DNA of 64,000 bases from Tubulanus polymorphus (Eukaryota > Animalia > Nemertea), in contig NC_134029.1 of NCBI RefSeq assembly GCF_964204645.1, forward strand, positions 9,140,850-9,204,849. Reading direction: 5' to 3'. Every line of letters begins with the position of its first letter. Position 1 is the stretch's first letter. The position numbers and the translations under genes are program-made. Under the pieces are notes generated by a model, which was not told the DNA's origin, searched no databases, and worked only from the letters and a program-made list of their open reading frames with translations. Of this stretch, positions 11,301-23,300 are shown piece by piece.

Positions 11301-14300
11301 GGAATATCAGGGAATTCTAGATTTATTATTCATGTAGGGAACATCAAGGAATTCTTACTTTCTTTCTTCTTGAAATTCGGTATTTGAATTTTTGTTCTGG
11401 CTGGTGACGAGTGACACGATGAGCGTCTTGATGAGAAACAGTGCCTACTGAAGATATCTGATTTAATCGAGGAATTTTTGGTTAACGCTCAGGGAAATAT
11501 CAGGGAATTCTGTCAGAACCCATCCTTCCTCAGCAGGGATTCAAACCTGATAGCATCGCTAGACTCAGCCACAGCACAAAACCCTGCCACACTAGAGAGG
11601 ATGTGCAGGTTTGCCGCACGGAAAGTTGCGACATAGCTTGTATAATCGCTGAGGCAAATCTCTCGGAAAAATGATTATAAGTTATTGAAATACAGTGCCA
11701 TACCATGTTTAGAATTTCCTAAGCATCTTAAATTGTTTTTTAATTTCATTGTGTAGCATATACAGGATGATGAAAATGAGCATGAAGACGATGATGAGCA
11801 AAAACGAGAATCCAAATCACGGCCTGCTACAGTATCATCTGCTACAGAATCGCATGTGATAGAATCATCTGCTACAGTATCGCCTGCTACATTATCATCC
11901 ACTGCCCCATCATCTGCTGCTGTGGCACTGTCAACTGCCCGTTCTGTTTCTCAAACAGGTGAAAATTTCAGTAAATTATCTTAAAAATTGCCCAAAATCT
12001 CTGGTAGTCCCTTACAATGATAAATGATTCGTTTATACGTTTTTAGCCTACCTCCTCTGGCAGGGATTCAAATCTAAATAAATGGCATTGCTAGACTCAG
12101 CCATGGCGCGTAACCCTGCCACACTAGAGCGGGTGCTCAGGTGTGCTGCACGAAAACTTGGGGCACCAACCAGATGATTGCGCGTTGTGTAATCCCTAAG
12201 GCAAATTTCTCGGATAAACTGTATAACTATAACTATTAGATGGAAAATCTGGGCTAAAATAAAACAGGATTTCTGAAATCATCCAAAACAGGATTTCTGA
12301 CATCATCTAATAAGTGATTTATAAATGAGTCTTAACGATGCCATCAGGTTCGAATCCCTGTCGTGGGAGGGTGATGCCAACTTGAAAATCTCATTGAAGA
12401 TTTATCAGTATTGTGTTTCTATGAAATTGGCTCCAGGAATATTCGGTAGATTCATTCAATATTCAAGGCTAAAAAGAACTTTGAAACTTTTTCTTGTAGG
12501 TCCAAATGATGTAGGAAAAGATGTTCCTGCTAACAAGAGCATGCCACTTTTTACTCCGCCTCAAAATCCGAATCCTGACGAAAATGGTAATTCTTTACAA
12601 AAGAGGTGAGTAATACAATGACGATGTATGTTGTTCACCATCAAAAGTATTTCTCATTATTCTATGAGAGCAATGTAATTTTATCATGTTTGTTATTCCT
12701 GCATTTGTTAGAGTTAGTATTATCATTCCAATACATTCCTATCTGTCAATCTCAAACATAGATTTATATCGATTTCTTATCTAATGAAAGCCTTAATTTT
12801 TTAGCAATTACAACGCTGATAGTGCATCAGACATCGCTTCATCCCATCTGGAATCCGTTTCGGTCGTCACCGCCGAACAATCGATCGGCGCTTCATCATC
12901 AACGTTCGTGGCTTGTAGCGATACAGCTTCCGAAGATGTAGTTGCTACGAGTAATCAAAGAGACGTCACGACCTCAACAGTCACACAGGCAGTAGGAGCA
13001 ACTGAGCCTGTTGTATCGGTACCAGAAGAAGATGAAAATACGCAAATTTATGATCAGCAGGATTCCGTTTTACAGCCTCAGCCTGTCGAAATGCCTGTGT
13101 CAAGGTAAGCGTTAAGTGTGGTTTGTGAATATGGGTGTAGGCGTATTCTGTTATGATTAGTTACCAAAAAGCACTATGATCTCATTGAAATATAAGCTAC
13201 TGTAGATTTAAGGAATTCAAAGTGTTAACTTTATTTTCTCAGCGCTACTGAGACAGCACCTACCACCAGCTCGGTACCTGCTTCTGACCAGTGCGTTCCC
13301 CATACAGTGCCAACGAGTGAACAGGAATCGAAAAGCGAAGATGCCGTTATCGTTCCGGACCTGACACACGGGAGTACGTTCAATGCCGGCGCTTACTCTC
13401 AACCGCCTGTGGTGTCGGTTTCATCTCTGCACGGCGATGAACTGTCCGATGTAACATTATACCAATCGACTCGCACATCAACGAGGGACATGTACGATAT
13501 GCACGACTCACAGTCGCAACGTGACTACAATGAACACCTCGAAATACTGCAACAGCGCCATCGTTTGTCCAGGAAAAATAGAAAGGTGACGAATGTTACA
13601 AAAAAATGCTTTGAAACTTTATGAACATGAATGTAATAAATATGACATCTGTAAACCCCATAAAAATGTGAAGAGTAAAATGGAAATGGGATATTGGACA
13701 CTTATTGTTCTGATCCTTAGACCTGCAAATATTCTAGTATATTCTAAATACTGAGCAAGAAATGTTTTTATTTACTGATTTGTTTCATTATTGATATACT
13801 GCCTCTTTATCAATGCCTTTTTATATTTTCGTTATAGCGAGCATTTGAACCATACCAAGGATTCTCATCAACTCCTACAGATGAGGTGTGTACATTTTGT
13901 GCTTTTGGTGCTATAATTCTTTTCTGATCTTGACTAACCGCGGTATGAAGCTAATATGGGCCAAGCGCTAAAAAGTTAAAGAGCCGTTTTCCCAATTTGA
14001 TCTCTAGGGGGCGCTGTACGGGTGGCACTTGTAAAATCTTTAAATCACTTCTTGTCCTACAATTATAATCCAATCTTGACGAAACTTGGTATATAGACAC
14101 TACAGGCCAAGGGACAAAATGTTATAGAGCCGTTTTCCTTTAGGGGCGCTGTACAGGTCACACTTGTAAAATATTTAAGTCTACTAGTCCTACAATTATT
14201 GTCTGATGTTGACGAAACTAGGTATGTAGATACTATGGGTTAAAAAGTTATAAAGCCGTTTTCCAAATTTTAGGGGGTGCTGTACGCATGGCACTTGTAA

Positions 14301-17300
14301 AATCTTTAAATCGCTACTCGTCCTACAATTATTATCCAATCTTGACAAAGCTTGCTATGTTGATATTATGGGTCAAGGGCTAAAATGTTATTGAGCCGTT
14401 TTCCCAATTCGACCTCTAGGGGATGCTATACAGGTCACACTTGTAAAATCTTTCAATTGCTACTAGTCTTACAACAATTATCTGATCTTGACAAAACTTG
14501 GTATGTAGAAACTATGGGTCAAGGGCTAAAAAGTTATAGAGCCGTTTTCTGGATTTGAACACTTGAGCGTGCTGTACAGGTGGTCCTTGTAAAATCTCAT
14601 CATAAAACAGCAGAGCTGTATCAGCCGACAGGCTGCTTGTTTCATTCATTTCATTTATATGTTTCTCAACCTTATTCAGATTAAGTTCTGCAAAATTGGT
14701 TCGACATCATATGTACTTCCTGAAACCTGAAACTCGCGCTCAATGTCGTAAAAATGAGTCAGGTTAAGCAAAAAGAAAAAAATGAAAACTACCGGTTATC
14801 ATGTGATGCATGAATTAAAGCCTGCATCATTCAGACAACTGTACATTAGAATAATTCTCCCACCAGATATGATATGGTTTAAACCTAGTAAAGATGGGAA
14901 AAGTACAAAGGAATTTTGTGTCTGATTTAATACCATCAATAGAAGCTGCCATCTATCACCAAAGGAAGCGTTTGTAATTCTTGAATATATATTCTTATAC
15001 ATTATGACATGACCAGAAAAGGGATCTCGCTGCCCATACTGAAACAGATTCATGGAAAACAAAAATAAGAGATCACTTTGATGCGTAGAGATTGCTCCTA
15101 TTAGATTTGCTGTACTCGAGTATAGGCCTATGTTTGATATTTCTAGGATGAAAACTGTGACCGCAATGCAGAAGTGGAAGTGAAATACGTAACTAGCGTG
15201 CGAATAAGTAAATGTTATTTCAAGCGTGGAAAAATGCTGACATCGCAAGTTGTCGAGGTACACCTTTCACTATCTCTCATCCTCGACAGGGATTTGAACC
15301 TGATGGCATCGCAAGACCCTGCCTGTCTGATTAGCTTTAGTGCGCGTGTACTCGTGGGCCTAGCCAAACCTGTTGCACAATTGCTTAGACAAATTCGTAA
15401 CCTATTGGCCTAAATTGAATAACCCAGGCGGAAGTGAAATTCTGATTTGCTTATAATGATATCATGACTTAGCTGTGCACTGGGGCTAATCAGGAGGAAT
15501 TCATGCCAGCAGGTTCAAATCCCTGTCATCTGTTGGGGTTGGGTATGTATTTGATAAACTGAAGCCTGAATGTTAACCTCATATTCATCAACTTTTATTG
15601 TTTAAGGAAAAAATAATTGATTCGCGAACAGATCCTCCACCATCGTCTTCATTATCATTGGGAAGTACTGGATCAAGTTCGGGACATTTAGGTGACATTA
15701 GTTCCCTCTCGAAGTCGAGTGGCTCCTCTGACAACATTCCTCAATCAGCTAGGTTTGTATGTTCAGCATTAATCTGTCTTAATCTTGTTGAATATGCTTG
15801 CCATCTTGTTAATTTTCCCAAATTGTCTGGAATTTGCGATTTTCTCGATAAAGTTTAAGGTCCATGGAACCCTTGTTTTCGGATGCAATCCAACATTCTG
15901 ATGTTAAACGTATCACGTTTCTAGTACCGGAGAAGTAGGAATTACATCTGTTGACTTATCACCCATACGAAACAGTCAACCAACGGTCAGTACAGAGCAG
16001 CCTGAATCATGTCAGCGAACGCCGCGTGTTTTACACGCCACGCCGACCAGTCGAAATCTACAGACAACATCATCATCCGACCTATCACCGATAAGTAAGA
16101 CGACCCCCTCGGCCATGGCGAGTGCTCACACGGCTGGTGAACTATTGAGCAGCGGTACCATGATCGGCGCGCAACCGTCTTCGGAAGATTCAGAGTCCTT
16201 CATCAGGCCGAAGCAAATACGTAAGTAACATGAGCGAGAGGCATCCCCAGTCAAAATCATTGGGTGGCATGTTTGAAAAAAAAAACCTGGGCTTTTTAGC
16301 TAGAGTTTTGATATATGGTGACAGCATTCTGCTGATAAGTAAGCAGGTTGGTTATTTTGAACAATTGTTTGTGTATTCAGCGGAGATGCTGTTGATTTTG
16401 CGAATCTGGTATTCACTGGCTGGAAGATTCTTACCAATTTCATCTTAAAACACATTGCTTTTGCCGTCAAAATGCTGGCATGGGTTGTTGATTGATCTGT
16501 CCCTGTGATCAATAAAAATGATTTCTAAAATCTGGGGGTCAGTGCAGCTTGTCTTGAAGGGTATTACTTACAGTCTAATTAATCAAAATATGGAGTGACA
16601 TATCGTGATAGCTAATAAATTCAGTACTATTTACCGGTATGTGTTTTCTCATTAAAGATACTGCAAGAAGTACTGCCTCTTCAGGGAACAGTAGTACAGA
16701 ATTGAAACTTTCTAAAACTGACACAGCATTGGCAGCGATTGAAATCAGGTGAGGATATCATTAGTTGATGCGTTCTTTTACCGTTTGACAACTTTTTGAT
16801 CCCTGTAACAAGTCTACTAGTCTTTTTGGGTAATGGTCTAGACAGCGTCACTGTCCATATGGTACAGTAAAATCTGGTGGGTAGCAGAGAAGCCTTTTAT
16901 ACCGCTACAAAATGATAACAGTGTAAATTACAATTTATTATCTCAACCTATTATTATCATTGTGTACATTATTTTACAAAATGTTTTGTAAAATGATGGA
17001 AGAAACGGCTTGATTTTATTGTAGGCCTTTTGCTATAGATTTCCTGAAGAAAGTAGGGACTAGCCTACATTAGAAGCAATTTGAGTAAAAATCTGAATGA
17101 TAGCCCAACTTTAATACATGCGAAGAATTAAAGAAAAGCGACTCAGTTGTTAAGAATTCATAGTACTGGAGTAGACAACCAAAAGTGCAAGTGTAATCAA
17201 GATCCAATGAAAAGTGATTTGAAGTAGAAGCTGAAGGTGACAGTAGATGACTGACAGATAGACAGTCACCCCCTGATATATTTCTTGATATTCCAGTTTG

Positions 17301-20300
17301 ATTATTAATATTTTATGGTCGAAGACCATACAGGGATCGTCGCTGGTAAAAATTCTGCCGTTCACCGAACAACACCCGTAGTATCACTACTGCCATGGAT
17401 ATAGTCCCATAATGCTGTATCGACATAGAACTGATAATCCGATAAAAAGTTGGCTGTAACGCGTTATTTGCCTATATTCATGATCCTAGCTATTGAATAT
17501 CATAGCTGTACCTAAGGTCCCAAAATCGTGGTGAATTATGGAGGCCCACGAAGGGCTCACCATATCAGTGAATTGTCTATATCGGTTTTACTCAGCAATG
17601 AAGTGTTATCCCCATCACTATCCTCACAGGTGCTCGCGTACTAATACATTCGTAAGGAGTTCATGGAGCTGCGCAGTTCATGGTTTACGCTGACAGGCAG
17701 AGTATCGGTAGGGTGGTCTCTGCTGTGTTTGTCAGTCGCTAGCCAGGATTTTATTTCTTGAAAGCGCTGCGAGTGAAGGATTTTCTTCATGCAATGAAAG
17801 TTACCAGTAATGCCAGCCGGTATCACATATCACGCCATTCAATGCTGTATTCTCGGGGAATACCCCGAGTGAGTTATAGTACATGTAATAGCAGACTAGA
17901 GACAGCGGCGCTGTATACACACAGGCCGACTCAGATTGACTGACGAAAGAAAAACTGTTCGGCGCGCGGTACTAGAAAAAAAGATATAATGAGATACGCA
18001 GGGTTTCCGTGATCGTTAAAAAATGTCCGTTCTCATTATTTGTGAAAAAAATGTACAAGCGAATCTATGCCGAGTCGAGCACATCAGGCGTCAAGCCCAA
18101 GGCAAAGGGGAAAGTTTTGAGGATTTTTAGAGGCATTTTAGGTGCATTTCTATGTTACCATGTGGTTTTTGCGTAATAAAATCTCCCACTAGTACCCGTA
18201 GTAGTCCATGGCACATGAACTTCATTCATCGAAGCATCATACGCACAGAGAACACAGTTTCATTGGTTAACGTGTGGACTATACCATTATGGGAAATAGG
18301 GTGGGTAGGATGTCTGGGACGATTACACTATGCTTTTTAGGGAATGTAGATCCACGCATTTTATTATTGAAAAAGATCGTTATATTGAAATAAACTAAAA
18401 TAAGAACACTTTAATGTCTTGAGAAAAAAAATAATCAGTTTATTATCACATCACAATGCCTCAAAGAATTTTTCAGGACTAGGGGAAAATAGGACCACTT
18501 TTGTCCGGGGGAAAATGTCCATAATGGTGAAAAGAAACCCTGGAAACCCATGAATTGCTTTCACTAATAAAACTGATATCTCCTCATGCACTGTCTTCGA
18601 CCATATGGACCTTTTGGTCCTCTTGTTTGAATTTTTATACCTTTGACGGTGTACAATACTCAAACTGCCATAGTAATTGAACAAAAAAGTAAAATATTTT
18701 GCATCATGACAGGAACTGACTTCACACCTACCGCAGTATATCAATACTATTTGCATGTCGCTAAATTATTTGCTACTGTTTTGAAATTGGCGTTGACAAT
18801 ATAATAGAGAATGAAATTGATACAAGAGTTCAGAATGGAAGTGACGTTGTAAGCGGTATTCGCTTCCTCGATTCTTTTGCCCGATAAGAATTCACTGAGT
18901 TTTGACGTAGAACCTGGAATTTCTAGCAATAGAAATACGAAGCTCATCGTAATCACCATTTTCGTCGCTTTTGATTCGGATAGTTTCAAGTTCAGTTCGT
19001 TCGTCATTTCTTTGCGCACCATCAGTTTCACATACAGAACGATCAGAAGCATGATATTTGCGATGAGAACCGCTAACGTCGGTACAATTGCTCGAAGTAA
19101 GGGATCGATTAAAACATTGAAAGTGTTGAAAATTTTTTGATGAGCTTCAGACCTATATGCAACTGTTTCTTCTACGCATATGTTTCCATGTTTGTACATT
19201 GTGGTGAGCGTGGCAGGGTAGTACATGCCAAAACAAACAGATAAAGATGCGGTCAGAAATATAGCTTTTTTCAAACTTGACGTAGTGATTATTATCCCTG
19301 CTTTAAGCGGCATTAAAATTGTAATAAGACGCTCGACTTGTATCAAAACGGTAAACCAGTTTCTTAACAGCAGAGACGCTTTGTAGAATATGACTGAGCC
19401 GATGTAAATTTTCGGTTTGACGTTCCATGGCCAATAACGCGCCATGGCATCGTTGCCGACTTTCGCGAACAGCAAAAAATAACGAAATGATTCGAGGATG
19501 AATTGTGCGACTAAGAACAGATTATCGATAACCGCTAACACGGTCAGTAGAAATGCCGATCGATGGTTGTATTTCAAACGCACGAAAATCAAAATAACCA
19601 ACAAGTTCAATGTGATTCCTACGAAAATAAACGGCGGTAAAACAAACGCATTCATCCGCCAGCGCCCGCTCCCAAAAGTCGGACAGTCCGCCGTGTTATT
19701 CAAGCGCGCATCTGACATATCCTGAAATTAGCTATTGCTGAAATTCAATCAACTCCGCGAAGCTTGTCTCGTTTTAATGAGGATTTTGTTACACGATGCC
19801 TTACGGCTCGGTGTAGATGTAGTTTTAGATGATTTTTTTCATGATATCACAATTCAGAAAATTCGATCTTTTAATAGACATCTGAATCCAATTATTTCAC
19901 TGCAAATATGTACGTATCTATATGTATGTGGTGTATATGTATGAATATATATGTAGCAACACTGGAATCACATATGCTAAGGAGCAAGCACTTTAACCGA
20001 ATTTCATTTTTAGAACTTTCCAATCTACCATATCATTGGCCCTGCTAATAAGATATCACATGTAACGACTATATATTTTTCTATTGGAAAATTAAAAACT
20101 GTTGCCTGTAACAGTTTTTAATTTTCCAATAACCATAAATAAATAAACCTTCATTTTAGTCTTCAGAGAACTTGAAAGGAAAACATTGACATTTTAATAG
20201 CATTAGTGTTTTAACAACTACCACCTTTAGAGTTTTAACAACTACCACCTTTAGTCCAGTATACTCGGCAGGAAAGCGCATTGAAAGAAAGATGTTTTTA

Positions 20301-23300
20301 GCATTTCTTCGCTGTTCATTGCATACATTGTTGTGAAGAAGTCATGTTTGATATTCTTCCTACTGTTTACAACTATAGTATCTGAATTTTGAATTTGCGG
20401 TGATATTTTTCATATTTTCACGTTGTTTCGTTTTCATTTCATAGTCCAGAAATACCAGAAGCTCCATTGCCAGGAAAATCATGTTTGCAGTCGGCTACAG
20501 ATAGTAACTCGGATGAGCCAGTTGTTCTTGACTCAGGTACATTATTTGGGCTTACATTATCTGAGTCCATTATGACTTTATTTTCTGCCATATAGATATA
20601 TTTTGAATATTTGTTAATGTATTGCTTTTCCATTTTATTCATACTTCTAGTTTTTCAGAAATAAATGTACTACAGAGAAAATATGATTTTAGATATTTTG
20701 TTTGCTTTGTAGGTGTAGCGGTCATGGCCAAGTGGAGTGATGGATTCTATTATCCAGGTCATATTATCTGTAGGGAGGCAAATGGAAAGTGAGTACGGTA
20801 TTGAATTTTTGAGAGACACCTTGGGTGACATTATATTTTACTCAACATGCGCGGGTCCGCTTTTGCGTTCTACACACTTCAAATAACCTGCAAATTTCTT
20901 GAGAAATTGGGTAGCTCTGATGGGGTAGGTCCAGGGATGAAACCTATTGAAGATTACATTTCTCGCTCATCTAAAATGGCCACCACAGCGGACATATTGA
21001 ATTTTTTGTTAGAGCTCTACACACATCAAATGAAATTTCTTTTAAACTTGGTTTGTGTAATGGGGTAATTGATGATACCTATGGAGAATTAGCTTTCTCG
21101 CTCTTCTAATAAGGCTACCACGGCGAACTTCTTGAATTGATAATCTAAGTATTTAATTTATCAATGATTTCTCTGATGATGGAGAATTCGGTTCAACCAA
21201 AGACAGGCTATTGACTAAGTACGTAACTAAGAAATGCATACTCTTCATTATTTCTGATTGGTAAACCTCTTTGCCAGTGGCAAGTTATTCATTGTAGCTA
21301 ACTAGGCAAATCTTGTGTCTGGATAAACAAAGGTCTATCTTCGGGCTGCTTTTGCCAGGTCTTCATCAGCATATAGGCCAAATTGTCTAAAGCCCAATCG
21401 TTGATAGTTCTTTTTAATCAGGTTAGAGAAAAGTTGAACTGCTTGGCGCTATAGGGAAAGGGGATTTTAAAAGATGTATATTATATTCTACAGATTTCTC
21501 ATACACTACGATGATGATGGTGATATTCGACCTGCCAAGCTGACTGATATTCTGCCGTTGAGAACGCTGAATATGGGTCAGGACGTAATGGCTTGTATCA
21601 ATGATGAATACATTCGTGGGGTTATTGAACATGTTGACTCATCTGACTTGGAGAACTGCACGTATACTATAAAACTCATTAGTGGAACCAGTGAAGTGTA
21701 TGTATTTCAACAAATTCTTTTCTCTGCCATCTTTAAATGATTCCTCCATAACATTTGGATTGATAAAACTTAGAATTAATGAAAAAATGCAATTGATTAT
21801 TATAAAATATGAGACAATCTTCTGTTCCTAGCAAACATTGAAAAGGGTTTGTTTTAGGTCTACTATCAAGCGGGGAATAAACACAAAAGTAGCCCATTTT
21901 TACATTCACTTTTGTCATTCTTGATCTCTTATTCTAGGTTTCCTCGCAGTAAAGTTATACTGACAAAAATTCAAGCAAAGCCTCTCTTAAGACCAGCCAT
22001 TTATACCACTGTCAAAAATCCTTGCCCTACACTAGGAGATGTCACACTAGGTATGTTAATCAGTTTATAATATAAACCTTGTCTACACTAGCGCATTGTA
22101 CCCGGGTTTCAACGTACCCGGGTTCAATGAAAACCTGTTTCTAAAACCCAGGTTTGCGGAAAACTCTGCATTGAACCCGTGTTTCGAGCGTAGTGGAGAT
22201 GCATAACCCGGGTACAAAATGCTAGTGTAGACGTAGCTAAAAATGCAGTTGCTTGAAATGCTTACAAGGCGCTTGCCAAAAGTATAATCAAATGATGGGA
22301 ACAATCCAAAATTGCAACTGAGCCTTGAAGAGCCACTGTAAACAAGGTTTATGCAGTACAGGGCCTCGTCTACTTGCATAATCACTCGTCTCAAGCCTCT
22401 GTGTAGGAAACTGGCTTTTGATTAACGTGTATGACTTCCGACTTTTCAGATAATCTGGTAGAAGGAAAGCGCGTGCGTAGATCGAAAATATCTGAATCGG
22501 GAAATCCATCACCCGCCACTACTAGTGCATCGAAGTCACCACCATTTCCTACTAAAACGCCTCCCCAGTTAGAGACAACTCAAGCAGAGACTATGAAAGC
22601 GGAAACGACGCCCACATCGAGTGTTGCGCAAAAAAGGGGTAAACGCGGTGGCCGGTTGAATCTCGTTAAACGTCAAAAACAGGCAGCGAAATCAGCTACT
22701 AGTGTTGCTACCGGTAAGTGAAACCCGCTTCCGTTTAAAAGTTGTGACCAGAAAGTTTGATTCATGGGTCAAAGATGAAATGCATGATCATCGCCGGCAT
22801 CAGTTGTGTTTCAGTCACGTTTTAATTCAAAGTCTTGACCAATCAGTTAGTATAGTTATGCCAATTTTGACTCTAGCCATTATTTCTGGACCCTTATTGC
22901 CTTGCCTAGAAAGGATTCAAATCCTCAGTCCTATCCTCGTCCGCTGAGCCAGCCATCTATGATATTGCGCATCCGAAACTATTTCTTTATTCATTATGTG
23001 TTAAACTCTTCCAGCTGTCGATTTTGATACAACCGCAACCTCGACTACTAAACCTGCTGATACAAGTACTCGAAAACGCAAAATAAAGCAGCCGACTGCA
23101 ACAAGTACTCCGTCTGTGAAAAAATCAAAACGAGATGAAGATGTGACAACCGACGTAGTAGTAGGTAAGAGGTTTTATAACAATATTCATAATATTTCAT
23201 AATCAAGCAAACATCTTTGAAATTTGACTATGCTAGATCTTTAGGCATGAAATATTTTGCAGCCTCGACAAGTACTGCTGAAATGGCAACAGATAATTCG

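Noticed and set aside
11530-11600. tRNA genes suggested by GGTTCGAATCC-like boxes (also ~2895, 12350, 32315, 33140)
   Set aside because: No complete cloverleaf could be folded, and several of the copies are embedded in longer diverged repeats, consistent with SINE heads or transposon-internal sequence.
14680-14762. Possible extra 53BP1 exon (AG...GT-bounded)
   Set aside because: In the phase-0 frame required by the flanking exons it contains a TGA; 13885 joins 15147 cleanly.
14799-15263. 154-aa minus-strand ORF
   Set aside because: No recognisable motifs, and it overlaps a real 53BP1 exon on the opposite strand; likely a chance ORF.
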